From positions 62,001 to 126,000 of the forward strand of contig MCFE01000138.1 in NCBI GenBank assembly GCA_002104905.1: DNA of 64,000 nt, read 5' to 3'. Of the stretch, positions 24,739-36,139 are shown in pieces. The notes under the pieces are model-generated. The model saw nothing but the letters and a program-made list of their open reading frames with translations. It was not told the DNA's origin and did no database searches. Both the position numbers and the translations under genes were made by a program. This DNA is from Basidiobolus meristosporus CBS 931.73. Lineage: Eukaryota > Fungi > Basidiobolomycota. The stretch's first letter is position 1. Each line of letters opens with the position of its first letter.

Positions 24739-25623
24739 TTACTCTGCATAATGCTCCAGACACATTTCTCTCAGTGGATGTCTTCTTGTATGAGCATACT
24801 GTGCATTAATAAGTATCTTGACTATTTTACCTATTCTGCTGTTTTCACCTATATATGACTTTCCTCTGTATTTACCTGCCAATATGCTGAATCTCTTCAG
24901 ATATCCAAATGTGTGCTCTACCCTTACTCTGAAATGATTAAATATCTCATTGTAGAGCTTCTGCTTCCTGCTAAGCACACCATTCCTTGGCTTCCTATAA
25001 GCTGTAATACATCCTAATCTCTGACAATCCTCTCCTATATAGGCCAAGTCTGCCATACATTTCTCCCCTCTACTGAGTTCAGGATGATTCTCTACCCAGA
25101 GTGCTTTGTCATGCCTACTTCCAGCAAATGGCCCACTAAACCAGATGATGTTACCCTCAATGTCAGACAGTGCTTGAAACTTCACACAGTGTGCCTTGTA
25201 CTTGCCAGAATAAAAGTGCCTCTGCCCTCTAGAAGGTCTGCCAATCCTCACTGGGAAGGTATCCAAAATACTCCTGATATGGAACCTGTTGCTGAACACT
25301 CTGGGATATGGAAGTCTATTGGAGCTACTGAACCTAGTATTCCAAGCTTGCTCCAAGTCATTCATACCCTCTGCAAGGTGGTTCTCCATTGCTGTCAGCT
25401 GGGAATGAAAGCTTCTAGGACTTTTGTTGCCATGGACGGTGGGATGAAACCTTGTAGGGCAATAGTTCTTGTAATAGCAGAGAAGCTTAACAAGGGATCT
25501 CCTTGAGTAGATTGGGGTTGATGGTCTACAGTACTTGGAATAGATCTCCTCCAGTGTGTCAAAAGGAAATCCAGTGGTAGTGATGAGATTGATGAGAAAA
25601 GACCATTCAGATGAGTAAGTCAT
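24739..25623 (-). CDS. PIF/Harbinger-like DDE transposase (DDE_Tnp_4 family), 294 aa, open
   Basis: Motifs ILDTFPVRIGRP (D), YSGKYKAHCVKFQ, GPFAGSRHD, MADLAY (D) and RVRVEHTFGYLK (E). Confidence 0.93.
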   Translation of the reverse strand: MTYSSEWSFLINLITTTGFPFDTLEEIYSKYCRPSTPIYSRRSLVKLLCYYKNYCPTRFHPTVHGNKSPRSFHSQLTAMENHLAEGMNDLEQAWNTRFSSSNRLPYPRVFSNRFHIRSILDTFPVRIGRPSRGQRHFYSGKYKAHCVKFQALSDIEGNIIWFSGPFAGSRHDKALWVENHPELSRGEKCMADLAYIGEDCQRLGCITAYRKPRNGVLSRKQKLYNEIFNHFRVRVEHTFGYLKRFSILAGKYRGKSYIGENSRIGKIVKILINAQYAHTRRHPLREMCLEHYAE

Positions 25624-26074
25624 ATTAAAATTGATGGATGATCGTATGGAGGCGGTTTGAATTGATTTGGCGCCATCTGCGTTATTTATCTGATTTTTAA
25701 CACATTATGGTTAAATCTCCATCAATTGCCATGTATCCCATCATTATGTTGCAAAAATCATCCGCAAACAATGCCTTGGTACTTTTATTGATGCTTTAAT
25801 CATAGGTCTATAATCAAATAGGAAATCTGCGATTGATGTGATCTGATCCGTGTCAACGCGATCCGAGATGCATCATGCATAATATATGGAAAATTCAACT
25901 ATCACTTTAGTTTTCATATATATTTCATATAAGACCAGGTTGATGCCAATATACTGCTGTATAAGTATCCAAATCCGTTGCTATGGTCCCCATACCAAGC
26001 CTCAACTCATCTTTAGTACAACCCAGACAAAACCCATCCCCCAGCCACAAGCGCGGTCCGGACCGGAAAAGTCA

Positions 26075-27229
26075 ATGTCGGATCCGTTCGAGTTCTCACC
26101 AAATGATTTTAGTATGGCCCAAGTGTCTATGATGAGCCTTCATACAGATATTTGGGCACTACTGATTAATCTAGCAGAACTAGATACCTCAGAGAGTCAA
26201 CAAAGATGGAAGAATTTGAGTAGAAAGCTGTGGCATGAGTTCTACATCAAGATGCCAGCCAATGTATGTAAAAAGATATATAACAAGACAAGTATTGAAA
26301 TCAAGAATGAGCTGAGAGTGAGGGGATTTGACAAGGAAGCCGCGCGGGAACGGTTTTGCGCGCAATTTGCACAGTAGGGGCCGGACGCGTCCGTTCGTGC
26401 CTCAACTTTGGGAACCAAAGAGATTTTGAATGAGTTTTTGCCTCAAATGACTAATGTACTATGTGATATATTAGTAGAGCTAAGTGGCTTCCAAGAGCAA
26501 TATACACAGGACTCATCCAGGCAACAGCTCCAAAGTATCAGACAGAGGGTAAGTGAATACCTTGAGGAATCAGATGGGGAGCTTCAGGAGGAAGAATACA
26601 GACCGCAAGCAACATCGTCCAGATTGCGCCAGCATGCCTCGCTGGATTCCCTACCATCTCTTGCAACCACAGCGCGCCGGCGCACGTCAGTCCAGACCAC
26701 GCCAACACCCTTTACCAGAACGCCCCGCGTTGAGTCAACACGCGTCGGGTCAACGCGCGCGCTTCAGAGCAAAACTACCAGAACTCGCCAAACTGCTCAT
26801 TTAGACACAAGTCCATTGGAGCGGACCAAGTCGCGTCAACATGCGGCATCACATTGAACTCAGCCAAGGGCCATCTCAACGCGTCAAGGCGTGCCTGCGC
26901 GTGCCGTTTCGCCTGACCATCAGCGAGTTACTTCTGGTGAGCTGACTGATGATGACCAACATGAAGTGACTCAACCACTGGAGCCCTTGGCAAGTAAAAG
27001 AACGCGTCAGTGCGTGGCACTACAGGCCGGTTCAGTTGGTTCAGTCGGAGCAATTCAGCGCGGCCAAGCTGCAGCATTGCACTCATCAACTAGGAGGCAA
27101 AATATTGACTACAAATACACAAGTAGCCAAGATGATAGTCAGCCAGGAAGTAGTATAGGTTTGCAAAGTGAGTCACTTCCAAATGCTTTAGTAGTAATCC
27201 CTGTGAGAAAAAAACCCAGGAGAAGATGA
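26075..27229 (+). pseudogene. Myb/SANT-like DNA-binding accessory protein of PHIS copy 2 (~384 codons, two in-frame stops)
   Basis: ORFs 25886-26377, 26408-26857 and 26891-27229 share one frame. WKNLSRKLWHEF...ANVCKKIYN resembles a Myb/SANT-like helix-turn-helix; basic C-terminus VRKKPRRR. Both stops are sense codons in copy 1. Confidence 0.75.
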
Positions 27230-29299
27230 TGCAATTGCTTTGAATCGCTCACATTTGTAATGATCCCGACAACCCTTTTTTTTTGCGATCCAAATCGAGC
27301 CATCGCAAATCAGTGATCATCAAATTTTTGATATAAGTAATATCAAGGTTGTCTCACATTTGAGACAGAGCCCCTATAAATAAACACCCTGCATATATAT
27401 ACGTCATCTGTAATACCAGTGCAGCTATTGGATCTGTTTCGCACCTACACAATTGCTTGCGTGCTAGCTATGACACCTTGCCCAATCACTAGGATCAGGG
27501 ATTTACTTGCTCAATGGGCAAAATGGGATATTTGATGGCAAATCAGGTAGCTTTTTCAGTAGTCAATGAGCCAATTGGGGGCTGCCAGCTTCAGGATACT
27601 TTTGGACCAATTAACCACTGTGATACCGTCCAATTGGAGTGAGGGTAACCAAAATGGTAAGTATCAGTGTAGTTAAAGTGTGATACACATTTATTTCCAT
27701 TTACATTAAAGAAACATATCCAAATACCGGATTTTACCTGCCATTATAGCGGTATCCAATCGCGCACATGATGCAAGCATTACGAGTTGGCGCGATCATC
27801 CGCGCCAACCTCATTGTGTCAGATTGTGCCATAGTGTGCGAGATCGTCCCGCATAGTGCAAAATCGTCCATGAACAATCCTGTCTTCTGGTAGCTATAAT
27901 ATTGCGCCCAATCATTCTTTGCAACCGCGGATCGCGCTGCGTGCCCTGGCACGGTACGATGGAACAAGTCTATTGCTCTCCACATCCCTATGAGAAATAA
28001 TTAGCCTCCAGGGTGGATCTTACTCAGAACAATCATCAGGAACCCACAATGGGGCTGTCATGAAGTTGACAGCTAGCCATTATTGATTTGCTGCTTATTA
28101 TTACTGCAGGATTATAACAGCATTTTGCCAAATTTACTGCCAAATAAAGCCAAAAACTTAGCAGTGCTTATACAGTGTTCGAGAAGAATTGCATGGCATT
28201 CTGATAGTCTAAATATGCTCCACATCTATTTGAGCAGATCTAGGTGGCCAACACATGCAATTGCCTTATACAGCAAGAAACTTGACAGTGTTTGGATAGC
28301 CTAATTATAGACATCTGCTGGCATTGCCACAGCATTATAGCAGCTTAGAACTAGATCTTTATAATGCCCCTATACCATTTTATGCAATGGTATTTTCTTT
28401 TCTGCCACCTCATGTGCCATTCATAATTCCACTTTATAAACTTCCACTTTATTTGCTTGCCAACAACTACCTTGGATATACTACTTATAATGAAAAGCAA
28501 AATGCCATGGCATCCTGCATACTAACCACTACATACAGGCACACCTGCTGCAATTGACATACTTTTATCACCTCCACTTTCTGGCTTTTGAGTGTGATAC
28601 TTGCTAGGTTGCCACATACCTTGTATTGCTGCTGACATATGCATCTTATAAATATATGCTGATTTGCCACCCTTTTTGCCATGAACACCTCCTGCATATC
28701 TGCAAAGAACCTCTTGGTACTAAGCCAATGTGCTCCTTGTCCCTGCTGGATTTTAGTTCTCCTTATTGGTGTGCTCTGGCTCTTGTTTGTGTGAGTTCTG
28801 TATGGAATGGTGTAGTTATTGGCTTGTGACTAAGACAAGCCCAGCATACTTTGGTAAAGTTGTCCTAATAGACACTATTTCCTTGTTGTCTCAAACCCAG
28901 CCATGCATAACTCAACTGATTACCTACATATTGGGGCTGTCCAATTTTTTAATGCCAAAGGTATAGGTATTTCCATGTGCACATCTGTCTGCATTATCTT
29001 CCAACTAGCCCTGGCTATCTACCATGTGCCAACTCATCACATCCATGATGGTCTTGAAGGTTTTATATTCTTGATGAGATTGGGCTATGGAAGTACCTGC
29101 AAATTGAACTGTCTTCCTATTTCCCCTCACAAACACTCCATAGGATGCTTCCAAAAGGTGAAGCAAGGCCCAATATTATGCATGCACTGGGCAAGATGGA
29201 GTAGGTAATGGATACAGTAGCAGCAGAGATCTACATTCCTATAAGAAATAATTATGATGATCATGCCAAAAGGCTACACAAGTTTAAAGTCATGTGACT

Positions 29300-31080
29300 A
29301 AGATGTTTTGATCCTGTCAGAACACCATGCAAAGACTGTCAAAAACAACTGTACCTCAAATTCCACAGAAACCTTAGTCAAAATTTTTCATCACATCAGC
29401 ACATATGTGGCTTTGATTAGTTCTCTCCCAATTATCTCACTTCCTGATCCAAGAAACTCAGTCACCTCCTACATTTGTGTTTGTTGATTGCTATTGCCTC
29501 TGTTTCACACTTATATGATTTATTCACATCAAAACTTCAGTTGTGCCTCAGTTGCTAATTGTATTGACCTATGCAAGTCCCTGTTTCCTGCACAAACACT
29601 AAGCCTAACCCCACAGTCAATGACTTTGGTGGGAACCCTATGGCTTTATATCACTGTTGATTTACTGGTTCCCATATGTGCTGGTCCTCAGCTGGCAGTG
29701 CAAGGTCTAGCACCATATCTGCCAGCCATTGCAATAAATCTTTGCTCTATCCAAGTGCATTTTCTTGAACACTGCTGTTGAAGAAGTGCTGCAGCTTCTT
29801 GGTGTGCCTATTAATGCTCCAAAACTCCACTGAAGGCATTGTGATAGTCCCATGAGTTCTTGACATTTTTACTTTGTCTCTTGGTATAATCTCCACTCTG
29901 TCAGTAATGGAGGACATGGAGGCGGTGGTAGACAAATTGCCTTTCTCTGTAAACCCATCTACCTCACTAGATTGTGCTCAACTGGCTGTGCTTCCAACTC
30001 CTGAAAGATCAGCTGTTTTCTGGTTAGTAATTCTTCTTGGTTATGATGATATTCAGTCTGTTCTGGGGTTACAGAGTTATTTGACAAGAACTGCAGCTTT
30101 TTCTCACATTTGCCTGTCTCTAGATTGGGTAGACTTTTTTCCCTTTACCTTCTCCTTTATGACGAACAGGTCATCCACTGCTACTTTGTCTGAGTGCTTC
30201 TTGTATTGAACTATGCTTTCTCCTTGATAAATGCTGCTCTGATGCATCTGATTGCCATGCTTGTTCCTTGCTGGCACTCTCCTGGAACCTGACATCTCTT
30301 TTCTACTTGTTTTGAGCTCCCAGCCCTAGTTGTGATGGGTTCCTGAGGTAGCTGTTGGTTTTTATCACTGTCAGATCCTTGACTGCTACTTTGACTCCGT
30401 GTTCCTTGAGTGGACTACTCTTTTTCCTTGATAAATGTTGTGCTGGTGCATCTGTGTCTGCCTGCTTGTCCCTTGTTGACACTCTACCAGCTACCTTTGA
30501 TGCTTGTTTAGAGCTTTTGGTTTGGCTTCTAATGTGCTCTTGAGGAGACTGCTAGTTCTTAGCCATTGCACTCATGTACTCCTGCCTTTGATAGTTTCTG
30601 CTATTCTTTAGATACTTTCTAAGCATACCAATACTGGCCCAAAGTTTGTTTGCTTGTTTGAGACCTGCATAATGCTCATGGAACAAGTCAAGTGCATTCT
30701 GCTTGGCCTTGTGTTCCTGATGGTCCCATGGTATCATGGCCTCAAGGTGAAGGCATGCTAGACTTCTTACAGCCTTTTGAATATTAGCCCACTCTTCATC
30801 ATTGCACCCAACAGCTTCACGGATCCCATGCTGTGATAGGTTTTTCTGTGGGCCCTATCTTTTGACACTGTTGTTGTGTTTGAAAGACTATGCAGTTCTC
30901 CGCTGCTACTAAATTGGGAACCGGCTCAACTCTTGGCTGTAACATTAAGCTACATGGGTTCCTACTTTGCTGCAACAATACTACTTTCTCTACCTGGCAT
31001 ATTGATTGCTCTTCTCTCATTATTTGCTTATCCTGCTTTGGATCTATTTCCTGATTTCCCTTGGCCATTGAAAATATCCT
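29300..31080 (-). mobile_element. Inverted copy of the CACTA accessory ORF and end region, with an internal expansion
   Basis: Minus-strand MIPWDHQEHKAKQNALDLFHEHY and TITMPSVEFWSINRHTKKLQHFF match 34958-35679; 29310-29400 matches the reverse of ~36000-36100. Confidence 0.75.
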
Positions 31081-31562
31081 ATCCGCCAATGCACCCCCTA
31101 TGGTCTTGCGGGTGGATCAGATCCAGATCATCCGTCAAGATCCTGTTCAGAGACCATTATAATAACAGCAGCTTGGAATTAGTGACCCTCCTGACAATCT
31201 TATAACAAGATCATGACGGTGTTTTGCAAATTTTTCAGCCAAATAAAGGGATAAAACTTGACAATTTTTGATTGGTGCTGTGACAATATTTGCATGTTAT
31301 TGTTGTGGTCTTTCAGTGCTCTACTACTATTTTAAGTGGATCCAGTGGGCCAGGACTTCCAATTGCCTTATATGGCAAGAAACCTGATGGTATTTTGACG
31401 GCCTTACAGCGGGACTCTGATGGCTTTTTTCACGGCAGTATGACAGCCTGCCGCTGGTTATATATAATGCCACCGTACCAATTTACTCAATGGTATTTCA
31501 CTTTTCTACATCCCCTTGTGCAATTCATATATTCCACTGTAGAATCACCTTTCTTTATTTGC

Positions 31563-34066
31563 TTACCCACTACTACCTTGGGTATTCCACATATAGTTTG
31601 AATCAAAAAAAACTATGGCCTCCTGCTTACTAACCTCTACAAACGCGCACACCTGCCGCAATTGACATACTTCTATCACCTCAACTTTACTGCTTTTTAG
31701 TGTGAAACTTGCAAAGTTGCCATATACCTTGTACTGCTGGTAGCATATACATCTTGCAAACATATGCTTGGTTATTGCCACTTCTGCCCTGAATACCTCC
31801 TGAATATTGGCAAAGAACTTCTTGGTATTTAGCCAATATATTCCTCCTCCCTGCTGGATTCTAGTCCCCCTTATAGGTGCGCTCTGGCTTTTGTTTGTGT
31901 GAATTCTGTATTGAATGATGTAGAAGTTGGCTTATGACCACAAGAAATCCAGCATATCTTGGTGGAGTTTCCTGATAAAAGTTAGTTGCTTGTTGCACCC
32001 AACCTAACTTTGCATTACTTAACTGATTACCCACGCATTGGGGCTGCTTAGCTTCTTAATGCCATAGGCATAGGTGTCTCCATGTGCACATTTGTCCTCA
32101 GTGTTTTCCAACTCTTTCTGGCTGCCCTTCATGTGCCAACTCATCACATCCATGATGTACTTGAAGGTAATACTCTTGATGAGATTGGGATATGGTAGTA
32201 CCTGCAACTTGACTTGTCTTCCTAGCTCCCTGCACATCTGCTCTATAGGAAACTCCCAAAAGGTGAAGCAAGGCCCAATATTCTCCACACACTGTGCAAG
32301 ATGGAGTAGAGAATGGATACAGTAGTGGCAGAGATCTACATGTTCAGCTTTATGTTTGTAGTATAGCCACTCAAATCCCATCACAAGCTCCTCACACCAC
32401 AGCTGTAGATGCGTCAAGTTGGCATTGGTGATCTGCTTCTGGATAAATATTCCTACAATGTCCACATATGACTCCCAATGCTTCCAATGTACTCTTGGTA
32501 GGAATAGCTTCAGATCACCACTTGAATAAATACATATCCAGATCATCCAGTCTTTGCATTTGTATTGTTGCATATGCGTATGAATATTAATTGTAGCCCG
32601 TGAGAAGTACTTAGGGTAGCGGATACTCTGTAATATCTTGCCAATTTTTTCAAATTTCTCCGGTATCTCAAAGGGCTCATTTAGCTTGCAATGCCCCATG
32701 TACAACTTGGTCATCAGTATAGGGATATTATTGAAAAGCAAATGCATTGCTCCTAGTGGAAAGCTTTTGCTCCAACAGATACCCTCTATCTTAAGTATCT
32801 CTGGTTTCCAATTGATACCATATTCTGGCCAATGGCTTATAGCTTGCCAACTTTGCTGCAATTGCATGCTTACTTCTGTACGTTCTCTCTGTGGAAAGAT
32901 GATGTTCTTAGTGCTGGTGTTTGGGTAATAATAATGTGTGTGAGTTCTGGAGTAAATCCCCTGGATCTCACACATTTGACAGCAATACCATCCATTGTGC
33001 CTGGAAAAACCTGCTATCTTGCTGATGGCTGGGGTATCTCCAATGCAGATAATAATATGCACTTTTACATGATGGCCATTCACCATTATCCTGCTGGAAA
33101 GCATACAAAATACATTAAGCAATGGATACAGGTAGCTATCTGGGTTGGATGGTGATTTAGGCCCAGATACCAGTGAGACTACCATCAGATTATTGCTCTG
33201 ATACTGTAAGATGGGTGGCAGATTCAGATTGACAAGAATCAGTGGCCAGTAGGATTTGCTGGATGAGTACTTGCTTAATGAGAATCCTTCCAGTGCTAAA
33301 GCAAAGGCATGGTCATACATACCTTCAAAGTAGCCCTTGCTTCTTAGCTGTTTGTAATGTTTGCCATTGAATATACTGGATATGTTTGCGCATGATTGAT
33401 ACTGAGTGTGGTGCTGTATAGCTTTGCAATATTTGTTGGGCTGCATCAGCTTCCTCAGACGGGGTATGACTGGAATATACCCGGAGTGTGAACAATGTTT
33501 TCCCTCAATGGTGGTGGATTCCTGACAATTTGGACATGTTGCAATGGTAGCATTTTTGGATATGAATGCCATGCAACTGTTAACACATGCTGGAATTAGG
33601 ACAGTCTCTGGATCATATGTTGCCAGCAGCATGACGGTTGTCCACTTGTACCATGTACATGGTAAGTTGCATCCTGTTATGATTTTGGCAAGAAGCAGTA
33701 ATAATTCTCAAAGCCCCCATTACTGATATTAGTGAAAACGCACTACTTCTCTAGCCACAACATCACATCATTCACCAGTAAATGAATTACTGGGCTCACT
33801 TGGCTCCATAAAGTATCCTTGGCATTTGTCTCAATGGGTGTTGTCTCATCGCATATAGGGATTTGACCGGGCTCATACATGGTACTGTTGTTAGGGGAGA
33901 TAGGCTCAAAATCCATCAGGGAACCTTCTTTGTCAGAGCTATCACTCTGCATGCCATATTCAGAAGGCTGAGGTGAGCCTAAAGGTGTCACAAACTCACC
34001 TGACTCAGTTTGCACAAGTTGACAAAGATGGCCAGGTGCCAATATAGAAGTATCACTGGCTGGCAA
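31563..34066 (-). pseudogene. CACTA/EnSpm-type (Tnp2-like) transposase with a few lesions
   Basis: 537-aa open segment with PACVNSCMAF...CPNC, SYWPLILVNLNLPP, ICIGDTPAISK..GF..HNG..CC..C and IHSLLHLAQCVENIGPCFTFWEFPIEQ; stop/frameshift near 33740 and 32019. Confidence 0.85.
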
Positions 34067-34472
34067 GATAATGTTGGTACAGTAGTGACCAATGAATGGT
34101 CAAATATGACTTAGGTGGCAAAACACTGGTGGTGATCATTGTAATACTTCCTATGCTGTCTGCATGCTTCATGGCTGAGAGGCTTGCCACAATAGCCACA
34201 TGGTCTTTTTTCTCTTCTCTTACGGCATTGAGTCAAAGTAGTCTTGTCCATGGGGCAAACAGTTGACCTTCAACAACGTAATGCTATTATATCAATTTTT
34301 GGTCAATACTCATGTGAACTTAAGACAGTCTTGTATTTGAGACACTACACCTTCATGAATGTAAGATTCAATGATGACCCGCCATAGTAAGCATTACAAA
34401 TAAAGTTGTGGCACCGCATACACATGTATATGTTACACTATTTCCCCTTTGGTTTGACTCACTTCCATATAT

Positions 34473-35679
34473 ATGCCGCCAAAAAATAAAGCAAAGTCAT
34501 TTGGTTCTCAACCAAACTGCACCACTGACAGCAACAGAAGAACGGTTGGACAACAGCTTGCTTTGACATTCAGTGCAACAAGTGGGGCTACATCCAAAAC
34601 AGGCCCTGCGGACAGTGTGCCCACTGAAGGTATTAATGCGGACTCCGCAGGCTCTCAGTCAAGTAGGCAATTGAGAACCTCTGCAGAGCCACAAGCTGAC
34701 TGTTAAGCTCAGGCAGATGAGAATGTAGCAAATGCAGTACCCTCTGTTGAAGATCAGCAAGTGGCCATGATAACATCACCACCACCCATATTAGCAAGTA
34801 TGTTTTCAGCTCATACTAAAGCATTAATGAAGCAATTAGGTGCAGTGGCTGATAGGATAGATGCAATGGCCCAGAAAATCAGGAAGTAGCTCAGAAACAG
34901 GATGAGCGGATAATACATGTAGAGCAATCAATATCCCAGGTAGAGAAAGCAGTATATTTGCTGAAAAGAAGGAGCTCAAGTAGCTCAATGTCACAGCCAA
35001 GAATTGAGCCATTTCCTGATGTAACAGCAGAGGAACACTGTACAGTCTTTGAAGCACAACAACAGTGCCCAAAGATAAAGCCCACAGAAAAACCTATCAC
35101 AGCATGGGAGGGAGATAATGTGGTGCTTATACCAAAGCCTAAAAATCAAAAGACATTGAAGATCTGTGAAGCCGTTGAGTGCAATAATGAAGAGCGGGCT
35201 AATATACAAGAGGCTGTCAGAAGTCTAGCACACCATCACCTTAAGGCCAGCATACCATGGGACCATCAAGAACTCAAGGCCAAGCAGAATGCACTTGACT
35301 TGTTCCATGAGCATTATCCTGGATTCAAACGGGCAAACAGATTTTGGGCCAGCATTGGTATCCTAAGAAAGTATCTTAAGAATAGCAGAAACTATCAAAG
35401 GCAGAAGAACAACTGACAGACAAGGCTACAATGTCAACAGCTCAAAAGACTATCACAATGCCTTCAGTGGAGTTTTGGAACATTAATAGGCACACCAAGA
35501 GGTTGCAGCACTTCTTTAAGAGCAGTGCTCAAGAAAACGCACTGGAATATTGCAAGGATTTATTGCAAAGACTGGCAGATGAGGAGCTAGACCTTGCAGT
35601 ACCAGCTGAAGACCAGGACATGTGGGAACCAGTGAATGAACAGTGGCATAAAGCTGTTGGGTTCCCACCAAAGTTGTGA
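34473..35679 (+). pseudogene. Uncharacterised accessory ORF of the CACTA element
   Basis: Divergent from the transposase and broken into several ORFs. The block PWDHQELKAKQNALDLFHEHYPGFKRANRFWASIGILRKYLKNSRNY recurs in two further copies in the window. Confidence 0.65.
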
Positions 35680-36139
35680 AACCAGAGCGTTACAGCAGAA
35701 ATACTTATTGAGTGGTGGATTTTAATGGAGTTACTTGTTGAGTGTGGGGTTGGACTTAATGTTAGTGTAGGGAATAGAGACTTGTATAGGTCAATACAGT
35801 TGGCAATTGAAGTACAACTGAAGTTTCAACGGAAATAAATCAATTTGTAAGCATGAAAAGTAAGAAAAGCGGCTGAGTCAGGAAGTAAGGAGTGTGAAAA
35901 AGAGGCAATAGCCAATCAATTCACACAAACATAGGAGGCAATAGAGTGTCCGGGTCAGAAAGTGAGCAAATTGGCAGGGAACCAATCAAAAGCCACTTAC
36001 ACATTGTTGTGATGAAAAATTTTGACAAAGTTTTTGTGAAATCTGGGGTGCAATTATTTTCAATTGTCTCTGGACGGAGTCCTGACAAGATCAGTACCTC
36101 TCAGTCATGGGACATTAACTTTGTGATGGCCTTTTGATG

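Larger units (their letters stand above)
24556..27971 (-). mobile_element. PHIS-superfamily (Pangu-type) DNA transposon, copy 2, better preserved
   Basis: TIRs AGACTTG(C/T)TCC; perfect ATT/ATT 3-bp TSD; intact transposase and divergent second ORF. Confidence 0.93.
23500..29250 (-). mobile_element. CACTA/EnSpm-type remnant split by PHIS copy 2
   Basis: 24050-24555 is homologous to the accessory ORF at 34958-35416 (PWYHQELKAKLNVLDL). Removing the insertion and one ATT restores EQYVPQV, aligned with EQSISQV. 28480-29220 is homologous to the transposase C-terminus at 31560-32340. Confidence 0.7.
31094..36111. mobile_element. CACTA/EnSpm (CMC)-type DNA transposon with two divergent ORFs; ends approximate
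   Basis: Transposase on minus, accessory ORF on plus; similar subterminal sequences in inverted orientation at ~31094-31180 and ~36030-36111 with CCC-like ends. Confidence 0.7.

Noticed and set aside
16753-25506. Conserved 140-aa antisense ORF (16753-17175 and 25084-25506)
   Set aside because: It is the opposite strand of the transposase; identity simply reflects near-identical copies.
25886-26074. N-terminal extension MENSTIT... of PHIS ORF2
   Set aside because: Not in frame with the downstream ORF in copy 1; the ATG at 26075 is the more parsimonious start.
14303-27971. One 13.7-kb composite element with 3.4-kb terminal inverted repeats, or an inversion between the arms
   Set aside because: Each arm has its own TIR pair and TSD, and its host sequence continues on both sides (satellite for copy 1, CACTA ORF for copy 2). 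Outer flanks ATA and ATT differ.
14303-27971. Classical ascomycete RIP (CpA to TpA) as the main mutator
   Set aside because: Some CAG/CAA to stop changes exist, but the inspected differences between the two PHIS copies are mostly at CpG.
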